This document shows positions 38,501 to 44,500 of a stretch of 64,000 nucleotides of DNA, in pieces. A program made the position numbers and the translations under genes. How positions within the stretch are numbered: the first letter of the stretch is position 1; every line of letters begins with the position of its first letter. Where the stretch lies: contig CAYSEV010000001.1 in NCBI GenBank assembly GCA_964430295.1, forward strand, positions 5,699 to 69,698. Direction: 5' to 3'. This stretch comes from an uncultured Gammaproteobacteria bacterium (lineage in GTDB: Bacteria > Patescibacteriota > Microgenomatia > UBA10105 > UBA927). The notes under the pieces were generated by a model. That model ran no database searches. It was not told the origin of the DNA and was given only the letters and a program-made list of their open reading frames with translations.

Positions 38501-41500
38501 ACATTCATTCAATCAATTAAAGGATCAGATTTTTCCTTCGTAAGACAACTGGAATCCGTCGTAAAGCGTCTGGTTAGTAAGATAACATGTGGTCAGGCAG
38601 GAAGGTTGATAGGTATTATCTATGCAACAGATGCATCCGCTGCCGCTTGTGAGCCATCTTTAGTTTCACAGACAGCTTCATTTGCCCCCTGGACAGTAAT
38701 TTCTCATGTCGTGAAGGTTGGGGCGGCGCTTATTGCAAAACCATTAACATCTCAAGGATTACGTCAGGCTTATAGGGCTATAATGCCTGTTTCTCCCGCA
38801 TTGTCTAAACCTGTGTATACAATTATCAATAAGGTAGAAGATGAAAAATATTATGTGTATGAGATTAAGCTACAGAATTCTTCACATACATTTAATGTTA
38901 GGATTTCTAAATTCCTTTCATTTGACCGAAATACAACACAGTCTACAGGGAATATATTTTTAGACTGGCATACGGCATATATTGAATCAGTTGTTGAGGG
39001 ATATGATCGTGCTCTGACTATAAATCCAAATATATTTGATACGCAGTATCCGCTGGATACAGTAGATTTTGACATACGCGCGATAAATGTGGATGTGTTA
39101 TACGAAAGCAATTTCTCCAATAGAATTTTTGATGGTATAGATGTGCCTGAAAATACAATAGTGCTTCCTGGTAGTGTCGTCCAGAAATTTGGGCAGGATC
39201 CGACTGTTGTGACGCGTACAATCACAGGAAAGTTGCTGTTAAATGCAGCATATTTCGGGTACTCTCACGATGAAGCTCTATGGCTGCGAATAATTTCTAA
39301 AGATCCATCCGCATTACAGGCATACCATGCACAGACGGATGCACAAGGTGTTACGACACATCTTGATGAATACCACAAAATTAAAGATGCACTTATACGT
39401 GCATTGCCATCACAACTAGTTGTTGAGGCAATGAAAATGAATGCAGATGAACTTATTCAGTTTTTCGCACAATTAAATGATGAAGAGTGGATGAATGTAT
39501 TGAAAACATACTTCGAACAAAGGGGGTTATCTCATGATGATCAGCAAAAGGCTGTTCTTTCATCCTTAGCTGCTAATGAAAAGTTCGTATATTATGCATC
39601 GTTCATTAAAGATGTGTTTAAGCATCAGTTCTCAGGAGATTTTATCGCGAGAGCAAGGTCCGAGGCGAATAGTCAACCTGCATTTCAGAGACGAATGCTG
39701 CGAATATTTAATTCGATACAGTTTGAAATGGATCAGACATATATCATTTCATTCTGGAAATATCCAAGGCGCATGTTTACTTTGTTGAGGGATATTTTCT
39801 ATTTTGAGCGCAATTTCATACCCGGTGACGAATTAGATACCCATGATGTTTCATCGTATGAACGCCTTATGAATTTACATTGGATCTCATTGGCACTGGA
39901 AACAAAGTCATTCACACCCGAATTGAGAAATTTAACTATTCAAATGTTCTTCAGTGTCATGCAGAAGGTTCTTGAGGGCAAACGAAATGCTGACAATGGT
40001 CCTATATCCGAGTATACGGATGAAACACACAGATATGTTGTGGAAACTAATATTGTAGCATTTGAAAAAATGTATGAATCTCTTTACCCAAGGGGCGTAT
40101 CCCGAAAAGAGTTAGATGCTTTGGCTAATGCTGTACGAAACATCGTTTTGAAAAAAGGAATATATAGTATTTTTGGAAGTTCCAGTGCATATGAAAGTAG
40201 AGCAGAAGAATGGTATTTACGATGGATCGACACTATTCCGGGTTTGCGGGGCAAATATAAGATAACAAAGTCAGAGGAAGTACTATTATCACGTGCGGTG
40301 CTTTTGATGCAGCATATTCCTGATTTCACAACATTGTCCGCACATGATCGCGAAGTTATTGGAGCGTCGCTGCTGAGGTATTTAGGAATTCCGGATGCGA
40401 GGGCAAAATATTTGTCTTCATTGTTTGTTCTAACGAGAAAAGACACATCAGTGGAGACCGTATTAAATGACTATGCTAACGCTCAGTATGATGGGCTTAT
40501 TAAGAAATATTCAGCAAGATACACTCCGCAGCAGATGCAAAAGAATATTGCATTAGCGAAGCAGGCTGCGGAAGCAAAAATAAAAAATAGGAATGCTAAA
40601 GTAGCGGATCTTTTGAATCTGCCGGACACGGATGAAAATAGAATTCAGGTATTTTTAGATGGCTATGATGTAAATCCTGAAAATGTGCTCTTTTATGACT
40701 CGGAAGTTTATGTTGATACATCGTATAAAAAACAATGGGAAGCTCTCTACCTTACAAGACTATTCTATATTCAGGATGAAGCCTACATGTCTGAAAAGTC
40801 AGGTATTCCAGCTGCTGATCTTCGGCGAGCCTCAGATGAAACACTTCGAATTTTCCGTTCAGAATATGAAGAAGTGTTTAAACGTGCGTATCCGAATGCA
40901 GAGATAATTCCTTCTGTTTTTGAGTCTGCGAACGCACTGTTTAAAACGATAAATATGATTGGTAATCCACTTGTTGTGATTCCTCCAACGAGTGTCATGG
41001 GTCCATCTACATTCGAGGAAATTTCAGTAAACGCGGGATCGGCAAATATTATCGGAAGATCTCATATGATAAATGCCGCTGTTTATTTTAGCTATGGAAA
41101 TTCTGTTTATCCGCTAATAGATTCCTCAGTGCATGAATTATGGCATTTAGCCCGCAGAGTAAACGATCGCGGTACTATGAATAGCATGTATCGGTATCTG
41201 CCGCAGTCTATGTGGCACCAGCTTGAGGAAGGAACTGTAACAAATCTGGAGAGGAAGGCAATGACTATTGCGTATCCGGGAGTTCCAATCATATCAATGG
41301 CAGATTATGCTATGGCTGAACAGTCATACCTGAGCATGCTTCAATCACTCCGACAGGTTCTTCCGACAATGAGTGATACAGAGTTTGATCGTCTAAAAGC
41401 AAAAATGGAGATTGGGGATTACTACGAAGTTGTTACGATGCTTGGCGGCTGGGATGCATTTAATACATTTTTGGAGGCAAATAAGATTGGTAATTTGCCA

Positions 41501-44500
41501 TATTTCGAATACACATTCGGCAGAAATAAATTGACTGATGCAACCGGTATGCAAACAGTTCAGATGGCGCAACGAACATCTTCAAATATTTCAGCATCTA
41601 ACGATACAAATCATTCTGACATGGCAGGAGTTCCAACTCTCACACAAACCGCTGAGTTTGTCGAAGTAAAACAAGCACTTCAGGGAGCACAGCGACAACT
41701 GGAAGGATATCAGGAAAACCTGATGGAAATGGAACGCTCGCTCAACTTTGTAAAGATTGGACGATTTATTGCCTCTGTAATCGGTATTGGAGGGGTACTA
41801 GTTCTTTTAACAGCTTCTGTAATACTAGCCACAACATATCTCATTCCGGGGATAATAATGGCAGCTGTCACTGCTGTCCCGGTGGCAATTTCATTACCGT
41901 TTATTATAGGAGCGTTTAACACATCTATTGTATATCCGCTGGAAGAAAATATAACCGATGTAAAGGTAGAAGTAATCGATCAGCAACAAGTCATCAAAAC
42001 ATTACAGGAAAATCCTCTATTCACAGAGCCTGCACTTCAGGATCTCAAAAAAGAAATGATACAACAGGAAACGGCTCATATGGAAGCGACACATGATGTA
42101 CTTATCGAAACACAAGACACACTTGACTTCTGGAAGCGGGTAAGAACTGTAATTATGGCTATTTTAGCTACAGGAGCGATCTTCGTTGGGGTCATATTAT
42201 TCTTCTTAACGGGGATGCCTGCCGCACTTGCTGCACTATTCATGACGCTGCCTGTCGTAACAATAATGGGTGGAATATTTATGGGTATGCAAATTATACC
42301 GATTGCACCGTTGGCAAATGATGTACGTGATTTACAGAAAACCTATGAATTACAGAAGAATTACATTCAAAAATTACAGGGAAAAACGTCTGAGACTGCC
42401 CCCAAATTAAAAGTCGCCAATGACCCATGTACAGGTGAAGGAGCGTTCCGACTCTTTGGTCGGGTGTTTGCGGCTGGGCCATGTCCGATTATCCCACTAG
42501 GCGCTACGGTTCCTGTTGTGACAACTGGTGGTAAAACAACAGATATAGCTCTCCCAGCTGGTAAATACGTGATTGCACAGACAGAGGAAGAAGCAGCGCA
42601 ATCAACAGCAGAGAAAGCAGAACCAATTATAGGAACCATACACGGCATGCAAACTGGGAATGAATTCATACGTATATTCCCGACTGTTCCATCAACCACA
42701 TATCCTGAACCCTTCATCATCAATTATGCTGGATATGTCAAAGCGCATCCGGTAGAAGAAAATATTCAAGCTACAAAAGAACAAGGAACGCAGATGTTGA
42801 AGTCTGGCCTATCTTATCCATCTTGGAGATTAGATAGCAAATCAGAGAAACGAGTAAAACTGGCAACAGACACACTTCCAAAGGGACAATACTGGTGGTG
42901 GAGGAAAATTGATCCAGTTACATTACAACCAATTGGCGACCGAATACTCATCAAAAACAATCAAGGAGAGATGCCAACCATAAAGCCTGGAGAGACGATA
43001 GCGGTAGGCACATTCAACGCAGACAAGTCTGGTAATCCAACCACATTTATGGCTGCTACCTATGTGTTTGATGGTGATGTGATCCTAGGGATAAAAACAG
43101 GATCCGACGCAATAGGGCCATCATCTACCACAACAAATAATTCACAATCAACACGACAATCTTCAAAACCAAGCACATTTCCAAAAATCTATGCATCGAT
43201 TATTGCATTTATATTTGATCCATTCGGCCGATTGGCCGAAATTCTATCAACGAATGGAAATATAGTGACAGCAGAAGAGTTACGACAATCCGTTTCTTTA
43301 CGGAAGTCAAATACTGATGCCGATGGTAATTTTACGCTTGACTATTTGATTTCGCTTGTTGGAGAAAGCCGTTCAGTACTGAGAAAACTGGTTCAATATA
43401 TGATGAATTTAGATTTTGCATATGAAGATATACGGGATATTGTAGAGGAAATTGTTTCCGGCCAATTTGGAAGTAGAACCGATAAACTTGTAAATTCAAG
43501 ACGCGTAAATATAGCAATCGTCAGCGCTATTATGTACGACAATTCCATATACGGTTCAAAAGTTCCCATGCCGTATACCATGAAAGAAGCGCTAAAAGCA
43601 GCCAATCTATATCTAGAACAGGGAGATGATTCTATTGTAACCAGACTGATTTCAGTAGGTATATTAGAAAACAGAGCACAGCAGATAAAACAAATGCTAG
43701 ATTCCGTTAATAGTGCAGGCTGGGATCAGCAAATATCGAGAATTGGTATAGTTCCAGTTCTCCTTACGCAAGCAGAATTAGTCGCGTATGACATCACAGA
43801 GCGTGCAGCAGGGCAGTTATATGAGGAAGCTCGGCGATGTTCCGGTCTATCGTTACTCCCGACTGTGTATGCTGATGCTGGTACAAATACTTCCTGTTCT
43901 GCTATGGGGAGAATTGTCTCTACAATGCCTCAAATAATCCCAATCATTGAAAGTAGCTGGGAAACATTACCTGGGAGATTTAGAAGAATCTGGTTGAACT
44001 TGTGGAATTTTCCAACTAGTTCTCTCACCATCAATACATCACCGGGAAACGATGATACGGTCTCGATAAGTCAAGAACAAATCTATGCGGCAACGCTGGA
44101 TTATATGGGTCAATTATTCGCACAGAACACCAATGGTAATACTGAAGAAATACTCTCACAAGTAACTACGTATGCAAGGAATCAAGGTTTGAATCAAATC
44201 CAGATTGATAAACTATCGTTAGCAATGGAAGTGATGGGGAAGAATCGTATCAGATCAGAAGAATTGCTTGCTCAATATAAAGATCCAAAAGATTTGTTTT
44301 ATGCAATGTTTGGATTACGACCATGGTTTCCTATTACAGCAGAGAGGGTTGGGGTAAATATTGCCTTTAGATTATATGATATAGATAATGCACGCTTGGT
44401 GGAAAAATTTATCCCACCGATAAAAGATAAAAATCCTCTAAAGAATTCAATTAATTATATATATTGGTTAATCAATAGGCCATTTAGATTCGCATATGGA